Assembly (NCBI GenBank): GCA_973851085.1
Contig: OZ316776.1
Location: forward strand, 16,058,001-16,122,000
Source of the DNA: Ptychomitrium polyphyllum
Lineage: Eukaryota
Reading direction: 5' to 3'
DNA length: 64,000 nucleotides
Under the pieces are notes generated by a model that was not told the origin of the DNA, did no database searches, and was given only the letters and a program-made list of their open reading frames with translations. Positions 40,201 to 52,574 of this stretch are shown here, piece by piece (the first letter of the stretch is position 1; every line of letters begins with the position of its first letter). The translations under genes and the position numbers were made by a program.

Positions 40201-43200
40201 TTCAATTCAAAATTTAAAAAATATATATATAACACTTTAGAGTGTTTACAAAGGCTTTCATAAAAATAGTAAAAAATTGCAAAGATTCTGATTGATTATT
40301 ATTATTTTTTGTTATTTTTAAACAAGTATAATAAATGATTAAATGAGGAATTAAATAAAGAAGGATGTGAAATTAGAACAAATTAATTTTTCCTATAGAG
40401 TAAATTTTTTCATCTAGGCATTTTATATTGGTTACTTATGTTTTGAACTCCATCTTTTCTTTTGATAGAATAAAACAAATTTAGTATTAAAGTTAGTGGA
40501 AAAATTGGCGTCTGCCTAAACATTCTACTTCATACAATGTCATCTACAAATAATTCTCCATTAGATGGACAAACATTCCACAACTTTATAAAATTATTTT
40601 TAAAGCCGTGACACAATGCACTTCTTATTAAATATATAAAATTAATCAAAATTTCACAATAGAAGAAAGATTTTGGTTCTTTTAAATGCTGATATATAAT
40701 ACACAAGAAAATAATATTTAAATACATTTAATATTGAGTTGCCTAGAGCCTCATTTAAAAGGACTTTGTATAAAATTTTATTATAGAGGTACATCAAGTG
40801 AAAGAGAAAGCACTTTCATACTCTTACCCTATCCCATGTGCACATAAGATTAGGATGTAAGGGAAAAAGAGACTTCATTTACAATGGCCACTTGGGTTAT
40901 TGTTGATCTTCTCCTTTTTAAAGAATCACATGCAGTGCAAGGCATGAAACAGAGGATCAGCTATAATCCTCTTTTTAGTATCAAACCTCGATATTGAGGA
41001 TAATTTCCACCTCACCCACAGTTGATTGCAGCCCACAAAACTCCACCCTCAAGCTCGATACTAAGGCAGACTCAACAAAAAATAACACATATTCAGGTGA
41101 CGTGTGGGGTCAAGATGGATACCACACGCCAGTTGGAGGGAACTCTAATAATACATCATCCACGTTGGACATAACTAAAAAGTTTCATCCGTTATCCAAA
41201 ACGAGGGCGCCGCCATCTTCCACTTCAAACTTCCCTTCGCTTCTCTTCGCTTCGCCTCTCCTCTTCCTTGGCATGCTGCAATTTCCAGGAGATCAAACCC
41301 AGTACAGGCACTCCACGTCTGCGTAGACACGAAAATGCCGAAGAGTAGCAACATGACGATGGCTTCAGAATAAAATATCCTCAATCTGAATCAAATTTTC
41401 ACTTCGAGTCAAGCAACATACAGTACCATCACGATTCCCCTACATCAAACGCCTTTTTCATTCATCTCCACCCAGCCGCCAAAACTCCGCAAATTTTCCG
41501 ACCCGCCACCATTCGCCATATGCCTTCATCCCCACTTCATCCAAATTCAATCCTATCCGCAGCCCGACAAGGGTACCTAGTTCGCCACGTCTTCTCAATC
41601 CAGGCCAATTCTGAATCTACCTGTAAATTATGGATGAATTCACGTCAACTACGAAGTCGCCTGCGAAACTCATCCGCCGCAGTAGGGACGACGTAAATAC
41701 GATGAATGTGGGTGACGTAGGCTTGTCCAACTGGGCATTTTAGAGGATAGGAGGTTAGTTTCGGAGTTGCTACGTAGCGCATGTTGCATGCGCCACAGTG
41801 TCACCTGTCTGCTGCTCACTTGTTTGCCAATAGGCCAAGATGCCTTGCTCTAGGGTTTAGACTTTCCAATGCTGGCTGCGAACTTGGTGGCATGAGAAAA
41901 CATTTTTCACGGCTGCCTGAGGGTTTAGCCTTGGACAACCATTTTCAAACCCGCCCGAGGGTTTAGCTTTCTGTTGGAGCGGTCATGATTCAGACAAGCA
42001 TGCTTTTTGTTATGTTGATTTTCTTGACGGAAAAGAGGTCGAAAATTGAAAATTCCGTTACAACATTCACCCCCGAAGGTGTTAGGTAAATACGCAGTCG
42101 AACAGCAAAAGACGCTTCAAGTCGATCACAACGTGGGCACAGTATGACAATAACTTAATCTTGTGTTCTACGGTAAATCAGCGCCCGAGCGCGTCACCCA
42201 GATGAAGAAGCAATTCATGAGCGCGTTCACACTAGCTTGTATTCTAGTGTAATGGAATCTCATCGTGGGACCTCCTTGAAATGATTACCTTCACAAATTC
42301 CCTGTTTTAAAATAGGATATTTTCATTACTTGATATTCTCCAGATCGCGTGGACCCATTGGAGAGATTTGGTGGAAGTCCTTGGGTTGTGTTTGAACGCT
42401 GAAGGTAGTTTTCGATCTTACAAGAATATGCCCTTAGTCAGGCTCTGTACTGAAGATTCGCAGCTTTTATGCTTTCACAGCCTTGGAGCTCCATGTTGCT
42501 TCAAGTTTTTCATTGCGGTATTATATTGAACACCAATCCAGTTGGGTCTCCCGAGACAAGCATATGCTCTGTGGGGTGAAGTTCTGATACCGACCAGTAC
42601 AGTTCTGGAAGCAGGTTCCCACTGCAAAAGTTTACAGCAGCTTCAAACCTCCAATAAACTGTCCAAAACTGGCCTTGGGGCTACTTTAAAGCTGATCATA
42701 GAAAATATTCTATGACACTCTAAAAATTTGTCATTGATTGAAAATGAGTGAGTGGTCCGTCAACGCTATGAAACAATTATTTCAAGGGTGGTGCATAATG
42801 TTTCATGGTCTGATGAAGTTTGTGCCAAGATAATTCAACACAATCTTTTGTCTCAACATAATTCAAATGAACCGGACCGCTAAGAAATAATAGTCCACGT
42901 TCTTCCAGGTTTAAGTTCACCTTACACTATATAAAACAACTAGGAGCTTCAAAAATTACTTTTTCGTTTTTTTGTCCATGGAACTTGATGAGGTGCCATG
43001 ATCATGGAAATTCCATTAACAATTATTAGGTTTAGATCTAGTTTTCTTTTGGATTGTTGAATATAGGTGCTATAAGTACATTTGTTGGTTAGTTGCTTGG
43101 TCTGTAGAAAAGAGGTAGTTCAAAAGTAAAATGCATGAAGCCAAAAAGCTTTTTACAAAATCTTCCATGACTACAAATAAAGCTAATGAAATTGTATGGA

Positions 43201-43400
43201 TGGTGGGAATTTCCAATAATCTTGTAACATTTATTAGTGTTTTTAAAACCTCAAACATATTTCAGAAGACCTTTGAAAATATTGAAACCTTTCATTTATA
43301 TTTCAAAAATGTTTTCCAAAATCTCTTTTAACTATGTATTTTTATAATAATATAATTTCTGTATTAGAAAATAGAGAGAGAAAGAAAGATTTTTTTAAAA

Positions 43401-43456
43401 AAAATAGAAAATGGAAAAATAGAAAAATGGAAAAATGAAAAAATGAAAAAATGAAA
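43401..43456. repeat. Low-complexity (GAAAAAT)n-like microsatellite
   Basis: aaaatagaaaatggaaaaatagaaaaatggaaaaatgaaaaaatgaaaaaatgaaa. Confidence 0.6.
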
Positions 43457-44879
43457 GGGTTGTGGACTTAAATGGAATGGAATAGAAACGAAATTCAAGA
43501 AATTTAGTTAGAGAATATAGGACAGAAAAGAGAAGAAAAGAAAGGATAAAGGGAAGGAAAAGGATAAATTTTTTTAAAAAAAAGCGTAAACTTATTATTG
43601 TTGGTTGTGTAGAGAAAAGAATATTCCAAATGCCTTGTTTTTTTTATTACAATTCTTTGTCCATTATATAAAGAGGCTTTTCTATCACCAATTTGTAGAA
43701 TCAAAATACTTTACAATAAAATGTTATTTGAAGGATGAACTTATTTATAAAAAGAAATTTCTAAAACAATATATTTTAATTTTTCAATTTGATTCACTCA
43801 TTAAATCAAATTTGAAAAATCAATAAACTTAAATTCCAAATATTTCATGTAGTTACATGTATTTGATCATTTATCTATTTATCATTAGGCTCTTGATTTT
43901 AATTAGATTTTTTACTAAAAATTTAAAAAATTGAAGTTTTTTCTAACAATGAATGTGTAAAATTTTAAAGGTCTATTTCAATTAGAAACATACAATCCTT
44001 GGACCAACTAGGGTGCATATTAGTGCACATAGAGCATGTTATAAAAAACATTGATTTTAAGAACAATTTTAAATAAGTAGCATTAATATAATAAAATAAA
44101 AGATAAAAATAAAAGCAATGATATGTATGAATAGACACATAAGTAGGACAAGACTACAAGGTTTTTTTTGTACTATGTACAAGCTTTAAAAAAACAAACC
44201 AAAAATTAAATTTATGCATATACCAATTATATACAATAATACTTTTAGGCATTAAAATTAATTTATCTTAAAAACTTGAAAATTCAAAACTCTTATTTTA
44301 ACATTCTTTTTACTAATATATAATAAAAATTTGAATGCAAAATGTTTTGTATTTATTTTATTTAATATTGTAAAACTACATACACTTCAATAATCAAATG
44401 TCTTAATAATTATTCTTTTTTTTAAGCACTAATTTCTTTTTCATTCCTTTTTGTGGCAACAAATCTTTAGATGTTATATCAAAGGATCTATGGTCCTTCA
44501 ACCATGATTGGCATAGTTAACTACCACATAGTGAGTGGATGCTAGTTATTTGTAGTTGCAAATGCAATCATAGCCCTTGTAAAATTTAAAGTTGCTCATT
44601 CATTTATGTAGATGCAAGTATGACTATGGGATTTAATAGATTTATATTAAATTTGGACTTTTCAATAAACTTTAAATTGTTAAATTTATGAAAAAAGTTT
44701 CAATTTCAATAAAAATCTATTAAGTATACAAAAAACAAAACATTAGATAAAAGTAGTTTCAAGAATTAGCTTCCATTAGAGTACTAGATAACAAGAATTG
44801 GTGTAAGAAGTCAAAAGACGGCAATACAATAGATAATGCTTCATAACTTGGATTGGCAAGACTTAGGTGTATTTTAAAG

Positions 44880-45035
44880 CTTCCTATGAAGTTATAGAAT
44901 GTTTTAGAAACCTATGAAACCTTTTCAAGAAGTTTCTTAAAGAAGTGAAAGCCATTAGAAGCTACTAGAAAGTTTTTAGAGGCTAATTGAAGCTACTAGA
45001 AGATTCTAGAAACTATTGGAAGGTTCTTCAAAAGT
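44880..45035. mobile_element. Degenerate TE/LTR-like relic with repeated TAGAAG motifs
   Basis: Repeated tagaagctactagaa / agaagattctagaa units. Similar motifs are common in plant LTRs. No TG...CA termini or coding remnant could be confirmed. Confidence 0.25.
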
Positions 45036-48000
45036 AGATTGTTTAATGAATGTCTTTTAATAAAATTTGGCTTCAAATTTAAGCATAACCATTATTTGGC
45101 TAATAATGATGCTCAAAATTTAAAGCCTAAATTTCATTAAAATAAAAACTACTTTTTATAAATTTGTTGAAATTTAATTGGTCTAAAATTCAAATTAAAA
45201 ACCTAGATTTAATAGAAACTTTAGTATTTACAAAGGGCATTGAATTATAGAAATTTCACTTTTTAAGTCTAAAAAAAGAAGAAGTAAGACCAAACTGACC
45301 ATTGTCTATCTTTATGGACACTTTTTTATTTGTAAAGGAGGAACAATACTTGTAATGGACACCAAAAGTATGCCAAATTTTGTCATATTTTATTCTTTTT
45401 AATTACCAAATAAATGTTGGAAGGTGCTCTAATTTTGAAGGTCAAAATGAGGGTTACAATGGTAGATAGAAGAATCAACAAAGGCTAGAGCAGCCAATGA
45501 ATTTCTAGATAGAAGTCAAATGGAAGGAAGAGGGAGAATTTTAAGAGAAGAAATGTGAATTATCAAAGTATGCAAGAAGAGTATTTAAAATGGTAAGGAA
45601 TAGATCTACAATGGCTCATCATACACATTCATCCATCTTTTATTTGCTCCCATCCACCATTTATAACCCACTTTGTTTCTTTTTGCAACTTCTATCATTG
45701 CTCTATTTACTGCTCTAATTAAAGGTCATTCTCCATTGGCATTGTTAAAATCTCCATGGTTGAGGACATTGTATCTAGAACATGCCAAATAAATAGAATC
45801 TAACTCAAAACTTTGAGACATGCCTTTATGCTTGAAGATATCAAAATTTACCAAAATATTGTGCACATTGTTGTATTGATTAGAATAAAAATTTAGGTTC
45901 TTACATTATATATCCATATAATTGATATAATTTTTTTTTAACTCTTCCACTATAAGATAACTATTCAAAACTTTATAAGAAATCTAAAGAATTGTGGCAT
46001 ATAAAAGATATATGATAAAACCTGCTATAATCAAGATGTTAGATTTTATAATGGCTAAATTAAGCATGAAATTTTAAAGCGATACAAAAGGAAAATTCTC
46101 TTGCATTATGCTTTCTTGTATTAAGTTATATCATTAAAGTAAATATAGCATTCTACCATTATCATTCTAACATAAATTAATTTCTTTAAATAAATCTATA
46201 AGTTTGGAATTATTTTAAGAAAAAATTTGAATTTTTTTGGAAATTAATAGTAGTTGTGGAGTTTTAAAATTGAAAACTAAAAAAATTGAAGTTTAAGATA
46301 GAAATAATTTTTAATTTTTCTTATAAAAAGCTAAATGATAAAGATATTATGGATAGTTCAAATCTTTACATATATGTGATTTGAAGCATCTCAATAGTTT
46401 AATAGGATTTGAAGACACATCATATCAAAACAAGTATTAGAAAAGAAGAATGGCAAGAAAAAAACGTCAAAACCATGTTAATGAAAAAATGTATAAATAT
46501 ATATAATTTTTGTATTAGAAGGTACTTTGTTTATAAGCATATATTTTTCAAAAAAATTATTTTTTCTTTCATATATTGTAAAACTAATAAAGTTTTATAT
46601 CCTATTTGAATTTGTGCATTAAATGCTTGAGGTGATATGGAACACATGAATTTTGTATTTTAAAGACTTGTTCAACATGATTTTTTGATATTCTTTGATT
46701 TTCAACCACAATATGGTTACAAAATTAAAGTTTTGGGCTTTTGAAAGGCTAAAGATGTAATGACCATAAACAATAAGAGTAAAAACAATGAACAAGTTTT
46801 AAAACTTTTATAATTCTAATCTAAAGATTTATCTTTCTATAGTTTCTATCAGATTGGATATGAAGATGATAGAATCAAACTACATCGTGTGATTTGGACA
46901 AACAAAATCTTCATATACGCCTGTTTTCAAGATGGAAGATCCTCTTTTTGAAAAGAAGATAGGTCATTTTGCATAATCCTTGTTGTAGGCTTGTAGACTA
47001 TTTTTTGAACTTACCAATATATAGTTGTAATATGGAAGTAAGAGTGCTTTATAACATGGGTGTTCTTGTATTCCTAGTATTTATTCTTATACGAATTTGC
47101 ATTATCGAGTACAGAGGACAAATTGTCTTGGACTCTTGCAGATGGCCCACTGTGAGTCTTCCCCACTGAATGGGAGCCTTGCTTCTACAGCAATTGCCAA
47201 AGTAGGAGTGAAGAGCCAAGTCGGAATTCCAGCCAACATCTACCTCTCTAATAAAGTGACTGGTTTGTCCAGTGGGGTCTGTAATTGTTGCAAAATGTGC
47301 ATGTCAAGCAAGCCACTTCTAAACTGAATTGGCCTCTAGCTTTGGTATCAAGATGCTCCTCTGTGCTGTGCTGTGCTTGCTTTCTAGAAGTTACAAGCTA
47401 TTTCGTTTGGAGTCTAATGCCACAGTGGCTCTTCCTGTTCCACAATTAATAGTGACAATTCAGCAGATTGTGTCCTATGAATGATACTGGTGAAGTGAAA
47501 TGGTGGCCAGAAGCTGCTGCTGGGGCCATTGTACGTGGATATTGTTGATGTTGGCACCTTATGATGATCACTCTAAAATACCAGAATGTGATAGAAATGT
47601 GAGGTGCATGCATTCTGCGTATGCAACACATTCCCAGGCTTTGGGAAACTGCTTCTGTTCTTCTGGAAAAATTTCTCTGAGCAATACATTACTTGCAAAC
47701 CTCTGCGAAGAAACCCCCCAAGGGCTCCTTTACAAGAAGAAATACCAATGCCTTTGTTGCAAACATTGTTTATGTGGTGTGACTTTATGTATATATATGC
47801 CACATCTTGGTTGATCAAGTATGAGTTGAAATTGCTAGGAGTGGCCAGGGATGTGTTGAGCACGTAATGCTGAGTTGCAGTGCCCGTACAGGAGTGCATG
47901 ATCCAGCCATGACGAGTGAGATGCCTATCACAACTTGGCCCCAGGGCAGAAAGATGCAACATACTGTAGGCATGAATATGTGGCACCCTACAGCACATGG

Positions 48001-49736
48001 GTGGGATCAAAATTTGGGGCACCAAAGGCTGCTGAATTCTGATTCTTGAAGTTCTCCTCTTGGAAGACGAGAAAGGGGCCTACTGCATACTTTTATGCCT
48101 TCTTGTCTGAGGCTCAAACTCCCAAAAAACTGTTCCCAATCTGAAAAAGGCCAATCACAACTTGGATTTCCCTCCATGTTTTCATTGAATGTGAATATCA
48201 GCTCATCGTTCGTTCGTTTATTTATTTATTTTTATAAATCATATAATCAGGTATAATGGAAGAACCTCGTTAAGAATCTGAGGCTGAGTCCAATCATTGA
48301 TTTAGTATTGCATTATCCAGGCATTAGCTATCAGTAAACAACATAACACAGAATTTACACCCACAGTCCCATGGCCATCTCCATATGGCTTCTCTACACA
48401 ACAAATTGGATAATAATTGTAAGGCATTAAGTGTAAGTGCCTCATTTAATTATTCTTTGAGCTTATATAGCCATGTGTATGTTTCTTTATATCGAGTATT
48501 GATATTCATAAAAAATGTGAACTTAAATCATAATCCTAAGGTAACCGTTTTGACAGAAACTATGTATTTGCAACTATAAGCATATAAATAATGTACTGTT
48601 ATGATTATGAACCACCTTGTTATAAGCAAAGGCCACAACTTTTGCACCAATATAGTGTTATTATGACATTTTTTTTCTTGCAGACATATATCTTCTTGGT
48701 ATATACCATTTTATAAGTGGATTCTGCAAATATAGACTACACAACTTATATACAGTGTATTGTGAGATATTTTAGAATTTTCTAGTTTGATTTTGATTTT
48801 TCATCAGTTTTTTTCAAAGTTCAACTCTTTCTTGCATGTTATATTTCTGCACTTCCAATGATAATATTTTGTATTTAGATTGAAATACAATTTTAGTTCA
48901 AGAAATAAAATTACATAGATTCAAAAGTTGCTTACAAAAGAATTATAGCTTTGGAAGTTGTACTATGTTTTTGTAAGTATTAACATTAATATTTACAAAA
49001 TATTATATGAATTTTGTACGTAAGTAACATGAAAATGAAAAGACACTAGCTATTAATATTTTAATTCAAAAGACTAATGGTTTTAGCTACAAAATTAAGC
49101 CAATTGACTAAATCATTTAGTTGGTTTATTTTTTATAAATTTTGGAGCAATTAACTACCATTTTGATAGCATTAGCCAATACATTACCAATAATAATAAT
49201 TTGTTATAATTTTATCAGGAAGCCTAGAATATTTTGAAAATAAGTTTTATTTAGGATTTAACAATTTTACTAAAAATTTATTATTCAAATAGATATAACA
49301 ATTCAATTCAACAAATTATGCTTGGCAAATTTTTGAGATGATTTCATAAAAAAGAATACTGAAAGAATAAAAAAACTAGGGTTTTCTTTCTAAATGATCT
49401 TTATTTCCATTGCAAGAGGTAATAGATTGCTATGCATTGGATTCTACAATGTTTTTGTCACTTGATGTTTAGGTTATTGGATATAACTCCAAAATCTAAT
49501 TCAAAAAAATTTAAGTCATTTTTGATGTCCATGTATGAAAAATGACAAGTAAGATGTTTTTATGTCTTAAAAATCACAAAAGATACTCATATTAAAAATC
49601 ATGAAGAGTAAGAAAACTATTTTCATGCACTTGTCTCATCAACAAGTGATCACTTCAATTTACATTTTTAAAGTTTCCATGCCACCCTAACAAGCTGTTT
49701 CTATGTGTGTTGCACTTTGTTGGAAGTATACTCCAT

Positions 49737-49894
49737 AGCAAAAATGAAGTCTTCCATAATAGAAGCGAAGTCCCCCTTAGCAAAAATGAAGTCCCCCTCA
49801 GCAAAAATGAAGTCCCCCTTAGCAAAAATGAAGTCCCCCTCAGCAAAAATGAAGTCCCCCTTAGCAGAAATGAAGACCCATTTAGCGAAAAATT
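49737..49894. repeat. 21-bp tandem array (about 7.5 copies) directly 3' of tRNA-Gln
   Basis: Unit AGCAAAAATGAAGTCCCCCT(T/C). The central copies alternate C/T at the last base. Most units read TTTTT on the tRNA strand. Confidence 0.92.
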
Positions 49895-49895
49895 A

Positions 49896-49967
49896 AGGTC
49901 CCGGCGAGATTTGAACTCGCGTTACTGGATTCAGAGTCCAATGTCCTGACCGCTAGACTACGGGACC
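49896..49967 (-). tRNA. tRNA-Gln(CUG): tRNA-Gln (anticodon CUG)
   Basis: Minus strand GGTCCCGTAGTCTAGCGGTCAGGACATTGGACTCTGAATCCAGTAACGCGAGTTCAAATCTCGCCGGGACCT, 72 nt. Acceptor stem GGTCCCG/CGGGACC, anticodon loop CT-CTG-AA, T-loop GTTCAAAT, and a T5 terminator at 49892-49888. Confidence 0.97.
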
Positions 49968-50183
49968 AATAGCCGACATACTGGTAGACCCATAAATGTA
50001 CAACACCTGTACTTCGATAGGTGGATTTCTAATAAAATATTTATAGCGTCAAGCATTGTGTGAAGTGAGGAAGAGAGGCACTCGTCTTCCAGTTTCAATG
50101 AAGAAACGCAGCATGGCGAAGGTAGTGGAGCTTCAGTGAGAGGAAGCATAGTCTTGCTCTTCAGAGCATCCTGAGGTGCCGGC

Positions 50184-50424
50184 ATGGAGGTTCTCATGGT
50201 CGGCAGCAGCTTCGGTAAGTCACTCACAGGGTCATGGGGCGTCGCTTTTGTTGCAGACGGCTTCTGTTGGTCTTTTCTTCTTGCGTTTAGTCCCGGCATG
50301 GCACGTAATGACACAGGCAGGTGCATTTCTAGATGAGAAAGTTGTGGATCTGGAGGGGCAGCAGAGGGTGGGAGAGCTGGAAGCTGCGAAGCTGCAGCGA
50401 GACGCTTCTCGGACGCTTCAGTAG
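50184..50424 (+). other. Possible small spliced ORF or lncRNA divergent from the tRNA
   Basis: TATA-like TATTTATAG near 50038. ATG 50184 reads MEVLMVGSSF up to a strong donor G|GTAAGT at 50215. Acceptor cag|GT at 50320 continues GAFLDEKVVDLEGQQRVGELEAAKLQRDASRTLQ*. No homology recognised. Confidence 0.25.
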
Positions 50425-52574
50425 CAGCAGCAGCAGCTGAATGGATAATCTGGTTTGGATGGCTAGTAACGGAACAGTGGGCCTACTGTAGCCGTTATTG
50501 AATTTTTTATCAATGGAACTAATTTCAGCGTTTGAGTCTTGGGTTGAGTTTTGATTGGGGAGCTCCTTTTTCCCGTAGTGATTTGGAGGGTGTTTTTTCA
50601 ACGTCCTAATACAGACTCCTTTGTTGGTGCAACTCACTCAATACACAGAAATCACCAATCGCCTCACTGGAGCGTTGTAGTTGCCATTTGTGTGTGCACG
50701 TGATACAGGGCATTAGGATTGGTGCCGGGTGACAGAATATTGAGGTATTTGGTTTCCGTGGTGGTTTACTCTGACTCTGAGGATCTGGTCATGGTACACT
50801 GATGACTTGAGGCTGAATTGTTGCATGGTGGAAGTTGAAACCAATTGGACAGTTGACGTACCTGTGCTGATTGATTCGTCCTCGTGCAGATGTCAGGAAC
50901 TGTTTCTCAGATATTTCGTGGCAAATATGCAACTCTCGATATCTGTTTCATCATATTCTGTGTCTCACGTGCGTTGTCGGATTCTGTAGCTGTTTCATCA
51001 TGAGTCTTTGATTCTACCAGCACAGTGTCGATCTATGTATTCCTGTACAATGTACATTCATGCTGGTTCTCATAATGTATTTCTGGATAGGGCCTGTTTA
51101 CTGGTATGATCAATGTAGTTGTAAATATTTGTGTACCCTCCTGCAGCTCAATGATGTGAATGGGTGTGATTCTTGAATGGTATGGTGGTAAGCCATATAA
51201 AGGTGCAACAAGGTTGCAACCTCATTTCAAAAACATAGGTAGGAGCGTCAGTTGCAAAGCCTGAAAGCTTTGAAATTTATGGACAATCGAACTGTTGTTT
51301 TTGCTGGTATGCTAATTTTCCTTTCCAATGAAATAAACTAATGCATAACAAAGTTTGAAACGTCTTGGGAATACTCTGAAGTCTGACCACTTGTTATTTC
51401 GTCTGTGCCTACCCTATGTGATTACTATCCTAGCAAGACCTAGCAGTCATCCAAACCCTGCTCTATCAGGACTCAAGAAGTGCAAGTTTCACACTACGCT
51501 GTACCTCGGTCCTCAACCAATATACCTAATCAGCAGCCTAAGAACACTTATTAGCTTGGAGACTGACACAGTTATTGTGGATAACAATCATCAAATCATT
51601 GAAGAATGTCCAGAACATGATGTACCTCTTGCACGATGTGCTGATCTTCATCATGATCTTCTTGGAACTCCAACCGGATTTAATCAAAATTAAAATGAAA
51701 AGAAACAGAACAGCAGAACCGGGCCACAGAGACCCGAGCTCACCACCGGATCTTCATCATGATATCAGAGTTGGCCGTTCCTCCTTTTGTGAGATGAGTA
51801 GGGATTTCCGAGAATGTTAAACCACATCATGCATCGTGCTCAGTGCTTCCAGCTACTGGCGTTCATCCATTCCAGTGACCTGGAAGAAACCATATTTTGT
51901 ACTCTATTGCCGTTAGCTTCCTTTCCATAGCAGTGAATAGCCATTTAAGATTTGCTTAGACCACATTCCTTGCCCATCATCTAGCATCAAAATTGCCTCA
52001 AGAATGGTTGCAAAAGTATCTGCGCAAAGCTTCCAATTAGAAACTGAAAGAATAGAGGATTGGTTGACTTGCATCAGCGTCACAGGTACGACAACTTGCC
52101 TATTAGAGAGGTATGTAAGCCCCTTGGATGTTCATCCTCTACTGCTGGGAGCAAATAACTAACTATTAACAACATATCCACATGGATCTTTGGTTGAGAT
52201 CACCTCTTGCAATCCCATTTTCAAGTCCACGTTTTCGGTGAGAATCTACGCCTCCCTGAAAACACACATCAAAACAATCCATTAAATCAGTGCATTTTCA
52301 AATTCAAAGTCACCCATCAAAAAGTCAGTGAAAACCGTTCTCCCAAATCCACGCCATAAATTACTTCCATGCACTCACAGATCCCTTAAACCCTGGCACA
52401 ATTTAGGGCCGTTATAAACCTTGACGTTACATAACAAAACAAGATAAAGGTTCCGCTTCCAATTACTGACCTGCAAAATGAAGAAACTCCAGAAGCAACT
52501 CCACTTTTAACAAGTTCCACGTGAAAGTGTCCACTTTGGGTGTGGTTTTCCAACCCAGATGTTAGTGAATGCCT

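Noticed and set aside
41850..42270. Telomerase RNA candidate (CTAAACCCT template-like motifs, USE-like TCCCACG)
   Set aside because: Three copies rather than one template, no properly spaced USE-TATA pair, and internal T-runs would stop Pol III.
47097..48049. Cluster of Cys-rich overlapping ORFs
   Set aside because: No family motif or splice chain. Cys/His richness is expected from TG/CA excess after CpG decay.
49737..49894. CRISPR-like array or repetitive protein ORFs (49655-49949)
   Set aside because: Units are head to tail with no unique spacers, in a eukaryotic context. The ORFs are by-products of a 21-bp period and one overlaps the tRNA.
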